The translations under genes were made by a program, and so were the position numbers. 64,000 bases of DNA, from positions 10,914,001-10,978,000 of the forward strand of contig NW_024704742.1 of assembly GCF_018977255.1 (NCBI RefSeq), given 5' to 3'. The notes under the pieces were generated by a model. It was not told the origin of the DNA, searched no databases, and was given only the letters and a program-made list of their open reading frames with translations. Source of the DNA: Callorhinchus milii. Its lineage: Eukaryota. This document shows positions 37,821-51,316 of this stretch, piece by piece. Position 1 is the stretch's first letter; every line of letters starts with the position of its first letter.

Positions 37821-39454
37821 TACCCTTCTGCAATTTCTACCATGGCATCAAGCTATTTGATTCCACTATCTGTATATTGCGATAGAGATAACACTCAGGA
37901 ATTCCAGAAGTTACCAATTAAGGTTTCTTTTTCCAAACAGCAGTGATTGCCTTTAAATACATGCGGCATTGTCTCACCTCAGAGCAGAAGCACTGCTGGA
38001 AGTCAATTTGCTTCTGTGTAAAAATCCTGTGTTTCTTGTTAACGATCTTTCCTTTGTTTCTGTTCCAATTGATTTGCTGAATGGGTGATTACTGAGAGTG
38101 AGGGACAAAGATCTACCAGCATGCTATTTTTAATCTGGGGTTTAGAGAGATTCCGATGCAAGCAGAACATATTTTGACAAACTTTGCTGTGTGGTTATCA
38201 GGGATTTAACTGCACTTCAAAGCATCAAAGGTCTGAAGGATTTTGGTGTCTGTTGGAGTTTTTCCTGTGCATCACCATACTTGCTTGATTATTAAACTTA
38301 TGTGATGAAGAATATGTAAACTGGATTGCCAATGCATGAATCAACATTCGTGTTGCCTTCAGCTTTTCATTCAAATCGGTCATGAGCTTAACAGAGCAAC
38401 ATGTCTCAGCGGCATTTACTAAAACTAGAATCGATTCTACAAACAATATTTGGTCCAAATAAAACACTATGAAAGTTGCCACTATTTCATATAAACGCTG
38501 GTGAGGCACAGAGGAGACCTCCTGTTGCTCAACCGAGGCTGCTTACAGTGAAATTGTAAAGAATTCCCTTGAGGCTTTCCCGATGATTCAGTTGGTATGA
38601 AATTCGACAGACTGGGAAACTCCCACATTCGCTCGCTGTACTAGGAATGCAGCAACAGAAGTAGGCAATTCAGCTCACTGAGCCCTTTTTTCACAACTCA
38701 TTGGATCATGGGATTCACTGCTGCCACAATCCAATAAACCGGCTAAATTTTCGGTTAAAACAAATCAGACACACCGTCCATTTAAATGTGCTTCTGAATT
38801 AATCTGAAAACGGTCTAAGGGAGAAAATGAAAGGTAAAGCAAATCACAAAAGGAATGAGGCAATGTATTGCAAGGAGGAAACACTGTCAAATGAGAAAGA
38901 AGAGCTTGTCAAATGCAGCAAAACAAGCGAAACGAGATTAAATCAACAATTTCTAAGATGAAGCCTGGCTGCGGTGAAATTCCATGAAATCACTATTTGA
39001 AGAGGCTGAAACATCTGTTTTGGTTCCTGTCAATCAAACTGAGATGGAGAGAGGATTCACGCTCTATTCAGAAGGGACTGGATGGAATGATCCACTTTAA
39101 AGAAACCACACGCTCACAACTTCAGGGCAGCCTAGCATCGCATCAGCCACACCAACATCAGGACCGCAGCCTAACGTGGAGATTGATGGATACCCCAGGG
39201 GTGATTCCAGGAACTTGAGGCTCTGAGCTTTAAAGACGCACTGAGCCAACCTTGATTTCATTGAAAAAAGATAATTGTTTAAGCTGGACGATGGATAGAC
39301 ATAGACTTGCTAAGAGGCATGTGTTTTTCATATTTCTTCATAGGGACTCATTTATGGTGTTTCTTAATACTCTACAAATAAGAATCCTATAAAGAATCCC
39401 TTTAGAAATTGCTCTCGACCCATGGATTCCACTCCACAAGAGAGATGATTATCT

Positions 39455-39940
39455 GATAGGATTGTTCTCCTCAGAGCAGAGAACATTACGGGGAGATTTA
39501 ATAGAAGTTTTCAAAATTATGAGGGTATTCGATAGGGTGAACAGGGAGAAGCTATTTCCACTGGCCGGTTGGTCATTAACCCGAGGACACAGATTTAAAA
39601 TAGTTGCCAAAAGAAACAGAGGTGAGGTAAGCAGAATTTTTTTTCACACAGCAAGTTGTTTGGATCTCGAATGCATTGCGTAAAAGGGTAGTGGAAACAG
39701 ATTCGATAACTAACAAGAGAGAAGTAGATAGATATTTGGGCAGGACAAATTTGCAGAGCCATGTGAAGAGTGCGGGGAAGTGGAATTCATTCAGACAGCT
39801 CTTTCAAACAGCTGGCACGGACATGATGGGCCAAATGGCTTTTCATACAAATTCATGAGCTCTTTCAAAGAGTTGGAACGGACACAATGGGCTGAATGGC
39901 CTCCTTCTGTGCTGTATAATTCTATGATTCTATAATTCTA
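39455..39940 (+). mobile_element. CR1 LINE 3' fragment with a duplicated terminal segment
   Basis: Encodes LFSSEQRTLRGDLIEVFKIM..FDRVNREKLFPL..S.TRGHRFK; agctctttcaaa...atggg...aatggc occurs twice; (ATTCT)-type tail. Confidence 0.92.
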
Positions 39941-40371
39941 ATTGAGTCTGGCCCCTTTGTGGATAAGCAAACAGTGCAGATAGTTGGACATCATGCAAAA
40001 TACAAACTGGCCACAGTGCTAATTTAAAATGTGTTCCTTTCTCTCTCTCTTATTCTCTGACTGTAGAATTTCAAACTGCACTTGCCTACTCCAGTCCTCC
40101 CCAGGCTTACAGTCTTGAAACTAAAACCGATTTTAGTATCCTCGCTCTCACATATAAATCCCTTCACACCCCAGTACTTCCCTATCTCTCTGATCTGGTT
40201 GTATTCCATGTCTCTGGCTGCCTCTTATGCTCAACTAACAAAGGCTGCCAGTGACCCCACCCCCTCCATGCTACAATCAGTAGCTCTGCCTTCAAGCCAA
40301 ATTTTTTGAAGGTCGCTCCTCTATCCCTTGACCTCAAGCTCCCTTTCTATCTATCATTAAATCCCACCTGT

Positions 40372-40753
40372 GGAGTCCTGTAGCTCAGTGTTTAGAGCAC
40401 TCGCCTTGCAAGTGAGAGGACCTGGGTTAGATTGTTAGATTCCTGGCAGGGTGAAACGTTGGGCAAGTTTCCTTACTACACATTCCTCTGTTTACCTAGC
40501 AGTAAGTAGGAATTCAGTTGTTAGTCGATTGGTGGATCGCTGTTCCAGGGGTAATAATTACTTCAAAATTAATAATGATAATTTGGTCACTCAATCTATG
40601 ACTGTTTGTGGGACAATGCTGTGTGCAATTGGCTGCCACGTTTCGCCCACAAAACATACAGTCAATTCATTTTATGATATATTTTGTGAAGCGCTTTGAG
40701 ACTTCTCGAAGACATGATAAGGTACTGTATCAAACGCAAGGATTATTATTATT
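40372..40753 (+). mobile_element. tRNA-derived SINE inserted in an old L2 fragment (~40080-40885)
   Basis: Full family sequence, flanked by attaaatcccacct and attaaaacctacct of the L2 (LKTYL region). Confidence 0.9.
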
Positions 40754-41207
40754 AAAACCTACCTCTTGGACCACACCTATGATCATTTCCGCCTTCTCCC
40801 TTGCTTGGCGTTCAACCCCGTCACTGTGAAGAGCTCTGAGATGTCATCCTATGTGAAAGGCACAATATAAATGTAAGTTGGTGTTTTGACGTTCTCCATT
40901 TCTGTATCCCTCACTCTGTCTCTACATTTTTTTCTCTGGCTTTCTTCAATCCCTTAACTGTACACTACCAAATGAATAATTACCTTTGTGTTACTAACAA
41001 AATCCAATCACATCAGAGGTTACATTATTTACCTGTGCAGTGTAAATAAATCACAGGCATAGTTACCTTGGGTGAATGTACGCAGATAGAATTTTTTCCC
41101 CAGTATCTTACAGGTTGGAAGTCACTTCCACATCAGATCAGTAGATAGTCAGTGTGTAGATATTGTAGATTATATTTGAATGGCATTCTGGTGGTTGGGT
41201 GTACATA

Positions 41208-41700
41208 CAACAACAACATGCATTTATATAACATCCTTCATGCGGGGTAGTGCCCTGGAGTGGTGGAGTCTGACCGTATATGGTTACCAGAAAGGGTCCA
41301 CATTTGCACAAATGGCCGGGGGAGTGGAAAACAAACCTGGGTCTTGGCTCCTCTATAGCACCCTCTACCGGTTGTGCGTCTGTGTGATAGACTGTTGGGG
41401 AGAGCTCAGGCTTGGCTGGGACAATATTGAGACTCACTGGCAAGGCATACACATCAGCAATGAACTCTTGGGCAAAGGTATCACAAGGCAACCAGTACCA
41501 GGCAAAACTGCACATCAACAATAACAAAACAACTTGCATTTATATAGTGCCCTCACGCAGAGCACTTGACAGTGGCAGAGCAGGATGCTGAGCCGGGGAG
41601 GAGGGTGGAGATGACCATAGGCACGGTCGAACAGGAAGGTCTTCAGGCGCAACCTGAAGATGGTGATGGAAGGGGCAAGTTGGAGGGCTAGAGGAAGAGT
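41208..41700 (-). mobile_element. Two short L2 3' fragments (~41208-41400 and ~41517-41700)
   Basis: Each begins with a (CAA)n..tgcatttatata tail followed by the reverse-complemented L2 3' UTR. Confidence 0.7.
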
Positions 41701-42927
41701 GTTTTGTAGAAGAGAAGGAGGCCTCAAGAAGAGGTGACCAGATGAGAAGCAGAGTGCCATATACCAGTAGGAGAGAAAATTAGAAAAATAAATGTACATC
41801 ATTTTTTTTAAAAATCTCAAATTAGATGCATTTCATAGTATCAAAGCTTATACATTTTGCACCTTTCAACCACCTTTAAAGTGACAATTTTACTGTTTTA
41901 GCAGTGCAAACACAAGATACACAGAATACAGCAGATTTTGTATCAAAATCAGTAAAACTGGGAAGTAGAAACTTTTGCCACAGTGAAAACAAAATTGTCA
42001 ACCAGGGGCTATAAGCCCAAAAACAGGCACCTGGTGCTGTGAAAAAGATGTAAACATAGAACGAAACCATTCATCTCTTTGGAATGGCTATATCCATGAA
42101 ACCAATGGCTTTTCTTCAGATGGACACATGCATTCCTATGGATTTTTGACCAACAACAACAACGTGCATTTATATAGCACACTTCACATGGGGTAGAGTC
42201 CCGGAATGCTCAATGAAACGAATTGACTGTATATTTTGTGAACGAAACGTGGCAGCCAATTGTGCACAGCAGTGTCCCACAAACAGTCGTGGATTGAGTG
42301 ACCACATTAATTTTTGCTTGGTTGAGAGCGGAGTTCCCACAGATCAGCATGACATACTTCTAGTTGGGACGTCCTCCCGACGTGAAAGACGCTCTATAAA
42401 TGGAATCTTGTTGTTGTTGTTGTTACCAGACTGAACCCTCGGATTTGTGGAACTCAGATTGCTTATCATGAATCCCATTAAGAAATGCCATAATTTGACC
42501 CCTTTGCCATGAATGAAAAGTGGGTCAGGTAAGAAGCTGAAAACCTGTCCCTCAGATTACCCATGAACATTTTACCCCACTAGCAAGAAGAAATTCCGCC
42601 TATGTCTAGATTTATTTCATTTATGTAGTATTTACATAGAATTCCATAGAATGATACAGCACAGAAACAGATCATTTGGCTTAACTAGTCTGTGCCAATA
42701 TTTATATTCCACATGAGACACTTCCTATTCCCCACTCCTATACACCTCTATTCCCTTCTCCCTTATGTATGTAGAAAGTTGTTTGAACAGATTGTCCGGA
42801 ATTTGGCAAACTGTTAAATTCGGTCTTTGAAGTCGGTTTCTCTCATTCTTAAAATAAACCTACAAAATATTGACTTCAAAATTAAATCTGTATTAAAGAA
42901 TTTGCTAAATTCTACGCACTCTTAAAT

Positions 42928-43167
42928 AACAACAACAAATTACATTTCTATAGCTCCTTAGCATCAGGAGGACATCCTAAGGCGCTGGACAGTCAGGGAT
43001 TTGGACTCGAGCTGGGGGTCGGGATCAGGAGGGGTGAAGGGCAGGTAGGGTAGGGGTAGGAGTGTGAGCTAAGGCGGGTCTTGAGACAAGCCTTGAAGGA
43101 GGCAGGGGAGAGAGTGAGGCGAAGGGATTGTGGGATGGAGTTCCAAAAGGTTGAAGCAGAGAGACTG
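42928..43167 (-). mobile_element. L2 3' fragment
   Basis: caacaacaaattacatttc...caggaggacatcctaaggcgctgg...gggatggagttcca. Confidence 0.88.
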
Positions 43168-43419
43168 ATATAAATGCTATATAAATAGAATAAATCTGGA
43201 CACAGGTGGAATTTCTGCTGCTAGGATGTGTGGACCAGATGAAACTTTCACCAGCTGGTTATCAGGCCTTCTGTATTCACTGAGGAAAGAGGATGTACCA
43301 CTGCCCTATTTATCAGAGCCAGATGTTCTATTACACTATCCTCCTCATCATCCTGAGCTGCTGTAACCTATATTCATGTTGGAAATTAGTTCAGTGTTTC
43401 ACACGTATACATATTTTTT

Positions 43420-43960
43420 AATTTCATTTTGTGCCAAAGCAATCAGTCAGATTCGGATGTGCTGTACACATGGTAATCCACTTGATCCTCCTATAATTCC
43501 ACATGGCTCCTGAATTATCAGGGGGTATGATCGATTCCTGCCTCTTTCCCCCAGAAGAACATGATCGATTAATGTAATAAACTAGCCACAATGCCGTTCT
43601 GTGCAGCAACCTGTAAAGTGCTCTTTGCTAACATTACCAGCTAATCATTCTGAGCTCCGAATGACAATGTGTAAATGACTAATTGGATGAGAGAACAGCG
43701 AGAATTTAAATTCAAGCAAGTTATCAAATGAAATGTGCTCTTACACCACTGTTACTGCTGATGCACTGACTAAAAGATCCAGAATATCAAACACTCCCAT
43801 ATTCCCAGAGGTAGCTTTAGTGAACTGATATCCTTTGCATATCTGAAAGGTATTACTGCGTGCCTGTCTGACTTTTTCTGCGGGTTGCAATTAAAGAGGT
43901 GACATCTTTTCTTACATTAGACTTCATTAATCAGTACTGCCAGAAATTATATCCTCTTAA
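43420..43960. promoter_or_regulatory. Candidate conserved non-coding element / developmental enhancer
   Basis: Repeat-free; ATGATCGATT at 43527-43536 and 43561-43570; many TAAT/ATTA homeodomain cores; retained CpGs. Conservation not tested. Confidence 0.45.
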
Positions 43961-45057
43961 TAATTTATTTTTAAATCCTCCTGTATGCAGAAGGGGTCGC
44001 AAGATGTATCCAAAGGCAACATTAAGCTTCCTGAACTGTCATTGACTGACATAAGAGGTGAAAATGAAGAATTTGGGTTGTTTTCAACTGATGCCTAATT
44101 GAGGGTAGAAATTCTGTCTGGGCCTAGACTCACTCTAATAGCGTGGCACTTCAGAACGAGAAACATTTTTCAAATACTTAAATAAACTTCGTTTTACTGC
44201 AGATTTCTTTTAAGGACTACAGGAAACATACTTCAAAGTTAAAGTTGAATTTAAAAATTTTAAAACTGTTAAAAGCTAATACTGAATTTAGATTTGCCCA
44301 AATCTGCATTTTCAGAAAATAATAATAATAATAATCCTTGCATTTGATACAGTGCCTTATCACATCTTCGAGCCATCTCAAAGCGCTTCACAGAATATAA
44401 TGCAAAGTGAATTGACTGTATATGTTGTGGGTGATTGGGATACTCAGGGTAATTCTGGAAACATCATTGTATTTAAGGGGAAACCAATGTATTTAAGAGG
44501 AAACTTGATGGGTACGTGACAGAAAAGAGAGTAGAATGACACAAAGGAGGGGATTAGGATGGGTGGAGACTCATGTAGAGTATAAACACCATCATGGACT
44601 AATTGAGCCAAATGGGCTGTTTACTTGCTATAATGTTCAGTACAGTTGTACACAGGTAGACTTTCTACCCACTGCTGTTCCAATAGAAATTGCTGCTTTT
44701 TGTGTACTGTGAACACTATAAAGAAAATTGTGAAGTACTTAAACACATTCTGCTCCTTAAGTAATGCCAATTTGTAATTGAGGAACGCTTATCGACTGGT
44801 CAGAAAATGCTGTTTAAACATAGTCTTAAATTCTAGCCCTAATGACAGATTTGTGAGTAATTACAGGCAATCTGTCATATGATTGCACCCAGAACATGAA
44901 CTGGGCCTTCTTTGCATTCTGACAACAACAACAACAACAAATTGCATTTATGTATTGCCTTTCATGTCAGGAGGATGTCCGAAGACTCAGACCCGAGTGG
45001 GAGGAATGAAGGATAGGGGATACTCCCATTGAGGAGACATGAATTGCATGGACCGAT

Positions 45058-45925
45058 TTAAATCAGAAGTGGGAAGAAGGGGCAGTTTTTTTTTAAAGAA
45101 CATTTCTTTCTCTCCCTCAAATGTTTCCCCTCCTAAAGAATATCACTACATTGGGATACCATCCACACCCTCAATGAACTGGAGAATGTAAACCCAGAAC
45201 AATGCTGGAGGTCTTGGAGGTCAGGTTTCATAAATCACAGCTTTGTGGGGGCATTTTGGGTGGGGTGTGGTGGCAGATTGAGTCAGGGTAGCAGCCCAAA
45301 ACGCGCAGGCCCTCCGAGACTAGAACTAGGCAATCAGAGGAGTAGCGGGGCATGGTCAGCCTGCTGATATGGGGAGAGGAACAAAGGAGAGCAGCGCAGC
45401 AGGGTGATAGGGTCTGGGGCGCTGGGAACAGAGCTCACGGTTGAAAAAACAACCCAATTGTGCTAAATGGCATGTTGGGTAAAATTAAATTATGAAATTA
45501 CTAATAGATGGACCAAAGTTAGTTAAAAGTAATAGAAATACTACCTCTTTGTTCCCCTGTCGGTTTTGCTCCCTTGTCAGTACCCACTCCCCACTGGACC
45601 TAGTCTCTTATTAATACGTACCTTCTTTCTGGTCCCATTCTTTGCACCATGCCTACTTTCCTGATCACTCCTGACTCTCGCAAAGCTCGCTTGATGTATC
45701 TGAAATTATTGTTGTGGGTTTACCTTCTCTAGTTCATTGAGGGTGTGATCAGCTTCTGCTGTGATACCGACCGGCCCACAGTACAATGGCTTGACGACAC
45801 AATTGATCTAGATTTACTTGGGACAAGTATCACAGAACAATATCCCAATGTTTTAGGAGGGGAAAACATTTGAGGGAGAGAAAGAAATGTTCTTTTAAAA
45901 AAGACTCTTACCTCTTCTGATTTAA
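45058..45925. repeat. Fold-back element with ~85-100 bp imperfect inverted repeats (candidate MITE)
   Basis: 45058-45158 pairs with 45841-45925 (core aaagaacatttctttctctccctcaaatgttt(t)cccctcctaaa); TTAA at both outer ends. Confidence 0.7.
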
Positions 45926-45929
45926 TTCT

Positions 45930-46297
45930 GGAGTCTGTAGCTAGTGGTTAGAGTACTCACTCCACAAGTGAGAGAACCTGGGTTTGATTCCTGGGCAAGG
46001 CGTAACGTTGGGTAAGTTTCCTTACTCCACATGTCTCAGTTTACCTAGCAGTTAGTAGGAATCCCGATTGTCGATTGGCGGATCACTTTTCTCGGGGTAA
46101 TAATTCCTTCAAAAAAAAGTAATAATAATAATATGGTCATTCAATCCACGACTGTTTGTTTAAGTGCTCCGGGATGCTTTTCGCCCACAAAATATACAGT
46201 CAGTTCACTTTACAGTATATTCTGTGAAACACTTTGAGACGTCTAAAAATGTGATAAGGTGCTATATCAAATGCAAGGATTATTATTATGTTATTAT
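45930..46297 (+). mobile_element. tRNA-derived SINE
   Basis: Family head, body and tail. Confidence 0.9.
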
Positions 46298-47229
46298 AAA
46301 TCTGTAATTTCTTTAGCAATTCAGCACATGCGCTGCATCTTGCTGGTAATCTCATAGGATGCTGACATACTCCATTCTGAAAATGAGTTTATACACTTAA
46401 TATCTAGGCACGCACAAGCTGCCAGTGCTGGAAGTGAGTGAATTGCCAGATCTGTATCTGAATTATCTGATCTGTATCTGAAGTTTATAGTTTTCTAAAT
46501 GAATCCTTATTCACTTATAAATCTTTTCTTTGTACAATAATAACAATAAATCTCATTGAAGTGCATCATTTTACAGTCAGCTCAAAAACATACACTTCCA
46601 CCGACAGATGAATTCTTTCTTGCCATTATAATTTCTAACCTATTAACTGTGGTATTAAATAAATCTATGCATGTATTTTGGATTTAGATTGCCTCAAAGC
46701 CTTCCGATCAAGTAGTTAGAAAAATCCAGGACCTATTGATGGGAGCAATATATAGTTAGCTCAGCATGTTTGTAATTAGGCCTTATTAATAATTGTAGAA
46801 ATCATGGTGAGGATTAGAATCTAACGTAAATCCACAGTTCATAATAAAGTATTCTCTGACATCAAAACATTCAACCCTTGCACGTTGCCTGGGGTTGATT
46901 CTGTAAAAATAACACTTATCCCCAGAAGTAATGACAAGAATTAATGACTTGTTTCCTTTCGTCCACAAATTTGACCACCAATTTTGATTAAATGACAAGA
47001 GCATGTATTATGGAAAGAAGGAAAGGGTTTGGTTGCATGAACAAATGTGCTAGAAAGGCAGATGGGGTTTTAGCGTAAACATAAGAACATAAGAACGTGC
47101 TAGGTGAAAAGAGACCAAGATCTATCTAGTTTGCCTTCTACCATTCTGGTAATCGCTTGAGATATCTTGTCCCAAACTATACCTTGTATCTCGAGACTTT
47201 AAAACCCCATATACCAAGACTTTATAGTT

Positions 47230-47625
47230 ATAATAATCTTGCATTTGATATAGTGCCTTTCATGTCTCAAAGTGCTTCACAGGATTTTGTGTGACTGTAC
47301 ATTTGTCGATGAACACAGCAGACAATTTGCACTGTATTCCATAGACAGCCATGAAGTGAATGATCAATTTCATTTGGGGGATTGTTGGACAGAGCATCAG
47401 GTAAAACTGCCTTCTCTTTTTTTGAATAGAGTATGGGAACTTTAATATCCACCTGAACAGCCAGATGGGACCTTAATTTATTGTCCCATCTGAAGAATGG
47501 CACCACCAACAAAATCAGCAAAACTTCAGAAATGCATTGAAAGGTCATGAGTTTAAAGTCCCGACATGCGGCTTGAATCCATAACCTTCTGACTCAGAGA
47601 TGAGAATGCTATCAACTGAGGCAAG
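47230..47625 (-). mobile_element. Deu-domain SINE
   Basis: Reverse-complement Deu core and head ccttctgactcagagatgagaatgctatcaactgag. Confidence 0.85.
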
Positions 47626-49639
47626 CCTACAATTTATTATTCAGTTTCTTAACATGGGAAAATGCATCTCAGTTACACAAATGGATTCTCTGCCAATCCC
47701 CACCAGCCTCACCACAATTGTAGAATCCATTGTTAAAAACATTTCCAATGTTAAAACTCTTTGTGTGCATAGTGACGAGCAACATTAAACATATGCTTGA
47801 ATCAGCTATAATATTCTACCTTAAAATGACACTGTATTTTCACCTTTGTTTAACATCTGGAATGTGCAGAGCAGATTGGGTTTTGAGATTCACCACTTAA
47901 TGAAACAAACCTTCTGCCCTGCATAAATCATCTTGTCTCTGTTATGTGCTATCTCTACAAAAGGTGAGACTTTAATTAATTATTCTTTCCTACAAAATTA
48001 GTTTGGAACTGAAGGAATGGCTTATTATACCTGATGGGAACATCGAATGACCAGGGTTATGTACTATCTCAATCCAATTCAAAGATGTTCTTCGTTTCCA
48101 CATTTTATCAAGTCTCAATTATGGTATGTTACATTCTTCAAATATTCTGCTTACTTGTAACATGACATTCAGCAAAGATGACAGACTTGAATTGACTTGA
48201 TCATTTCCTAGTTATTTCAGTACAACAAGGATTATGTCCAAGTAAGAATCCTGCTAAAGGGTAATAAATCGAGCCCTTTAAGGTGCACTTGATTAAGGTT
48301 AAGCTTGTGCTGGGAAAAATGAGACAGCCCTGCAAACAGTTGTATTTCTCCATATTAAAACTGGAGTTGGCCTTTACAATTCCCTGTGTACAACACTAAG
48401 TAAATCATGAAAAATATCAATTCAAAATGCATTAGATAAGAATGAGATGAGCTTAACAGCTGCAGAATACAAAGCACCCTGCTCTTTATGGTTGTAAAAT
48501 AGTTATTTTGGAATTCCAGCTTAATTATTTTTTTCAACAGGTAGGAAACGTGCCAAATTTGTAAGTGTTTCTTATCAGATTTGTTCAAAAGAAGTGTGTA
48601 AATATTGAATTACTAAAACACTACTGTTCATTCTCAAGCGGGTTCCATATGTAGAACGTGTTATAGCGCATCTCGCTTAGAGCAGGAACCTGTTTATAAC
48701 ACGGATGTCCTATGGTTCACCCCTGGTACAGATTAGCAAGTTGACCAGCTGGCTTTCTGCACACTGCAAGCATATACAGGAAGCCACTCCACACTGGATG
48801 ATATCAGTGGCAACCTGACAACCCATTTATTTTCACAGATCCATTACAACTTAGTGTCTAAATCTGTAGATCTAAAACACTATTTTATAATGGGGGGAGA
48901 GTCTCCTATATTATTGAGAAATCTATTAAGTAATAACGCAAATTAAACTTCTTCATTAATGTTTACAAAAAACATTTCAGTTTATCAACAGCCAGCAACG
49001 TGAAGCTCATGGAACATGGGTGAAGAACCTTTTGATGGGTATTCAGGGTAGCACTTTACTTCACTTGGCTGCCACGTTTCGCCCACAAAATATACAGTCA
49101 ATTCACTTTACAATATATTCTGTTAAGTGCGTTGAGACGTCTCAAAGACATGATGCAGCACTATATCAAATGCAAGGATTATCATTATTATCTTTGAAAA
49201 TCTGCTGTGTCGGTTGTTGTCGATCCAACACATACTTTTAAACATACTTTGTCTTGTTGCTGTGCTTAACATATATACAGGATGTCAACTCTAGGTCTAT
49301 CCTAACACTGTGCAGTCTTCCTTTGTTTGTAAACATATCCAAACAGATCAATTATGCCTCTTTGTAATTACAAAGTTGAGCAATAGTGATTTGTGTGAAC
49401 TTGCCTATGCAGTGTAGTTTATTACATGCATTGTTTGAGTGCTTGTCATCATTAAAATCCAAATTGAGTGTAGAATTTTTGGGAGTCAAACGGGTGCCTG
49501 ACACAAGCAGAAATCCATGACCATGCTTAAGAGTATCCAGATCAAACTAAGAATTCAATGCTTCCCACCTACACATGGAAATTCCAGGGTTATTCATTGG
49601 AATGGAATGCACACTGTCTTCCTGAAGAGATGCATGTTC

Positions 49640-49880
49640 CTACTCTGTGGTCCCTGCTCTACCTGTCCCACAATTGTCAGACAAGCTTTCAGCTCCCTGC
49701 CCCCCCCCAATCTCTGGAATTCTATCCCAGAGTCCCCCCAACTCACTCTCTCCATCACTTCTTTCATGTTCTGTCTTAAGACCTTCCTCTTTGACAGTAC
49801 TTTCAGGCATCTTTCCCCTACCCATCACCCTCAGCTTCCCTCCCCAGCTCAGGGGCCAAGCTGGAATTGTTAAGCATGTA
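49640..49880 (+). mobile_element. Old L2 3' fragment
   Basis: Encodes AFSSL...LWNSIP...SF..CLKTFLF. Confidence 0.75.
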
Positions 49881-51316
49881 AATGTACATTTGTATTGTAT
49901 TGTAAATCTATACCCAGGTGGACGTTTACCCTTAAAATGTCTGAAAGAAAATATAATATATTATAAGCATCATTCCATCCATGGAGAAGGAAGGGATGAA
50001 ATCTTATGCAGCAGCTATGAATGTGTTACATTTTCATTGGATCCATACTTACTTTCTGTGCATGTCAAGGTTGCTCAGTGACATTGATGGAATATACAGA
50101 TGAAATCAGCCTGTCTTCCCTCCATGACTCAAACATTTCAGCCGCCTGCAGATTCCTGAATCATCTTTTCATTGTAAGCATTGCAAATTTAATTAGTTTC
50201 CAAGTCCAATTCAATATACAGCCCCTCCCCATGGAGAAGACTTCAGTGTTATCGTGTACCAAAAATGATAACTTTCATCATGAAGAGATTTTATGAACTT
50301 TCCAAGTATTCTCTGGGAGTGAAAGGTCAGAAATTAGATTGCCTAGGTAACAACACTGATGTAGAGCAGAAATCTGCTTGTATCCCATATAGTTTGGAGA
50401 TAATACAGGATGGACATTGAAAACGGCAGTCGATAAAACAGAAATTAGTACATCACACTTACTGCCCAGAGGTAGGATCTGCTGCTAACGTTTCACATGA
50501 GGAGGACGTCCCAAGGTGCTGATCTACTTCCAAAGCAACTTGTTGTTGTTGTCTGCAATGATATGGAATTCATATACTAAAATGCATCAGATCACTTTTG
50601 GACTTACTGAGCATGCAGAATTATACCCACTATCGCAAATATGCAATGTCTCAATGATTTGCATCTTGCTAAGTTGGCAAACACAAGATAGCTTTTGCAT
50701 TCATCCAAGGAACATTTAGTCATTCTTCCAAATGGAAACATGAAAATAATAACCCTTACAATTAATATGGCAACTTACCATGTGGTCGAGATCTCTCAAA
50801 TCGCTTCCTAGGATATATTGTAAAGTGGTGGGACTGCATGTATTTTGTGGCCAAATGAGGCAGCTAATTTTGTGCACAGCATCTTGGCTATGGCTTCATA
50901 GCAATATGTCACCATTCCTTTGATTGGCTGCAGGATGCTTGTTTAGCTGGGGGATGACCAATATCTTACTCTTTGAGAATATACCAGCACTTTATAGAGA
51001 GAACATTCGAACACAAAATCAATTTATTTCAACTCAGTCCAAAGGAAGCCTCCCTTCATCAGATCTAACTGATTAGTCTGAAAATATGCACCACCTAGTT
51101 CAAACATGCAGCAGTGTTGCACTTGCGAATGTAAGTTTTGAAATCACTGATGCAATGGGTGGGGTAATTAAAAATATTTTTTTAAATTATCTTCACGGAA
51201 TCCTGGCACTCAAAGAGATTAATATTGAATTCAGTTTTTTTTTAAAAAGCAATCTTATCTGATTACACATAAATATTTGGATGTGGTGGGCTATGACAAT
51301 TTACATTCCAGATCCC

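Noticed and set aside
38225..38509. 94 aa minus-strand ORF in repeat-free sequence
   Set aside because: No recognisable domain, no ATG start and no convincing splice sites.
48630..48900. Possible Tigger/TcMar-like remnant (gttatagcg / ttataacacgg)
   Set aside because: Similarity is too short and degraded to support a call.
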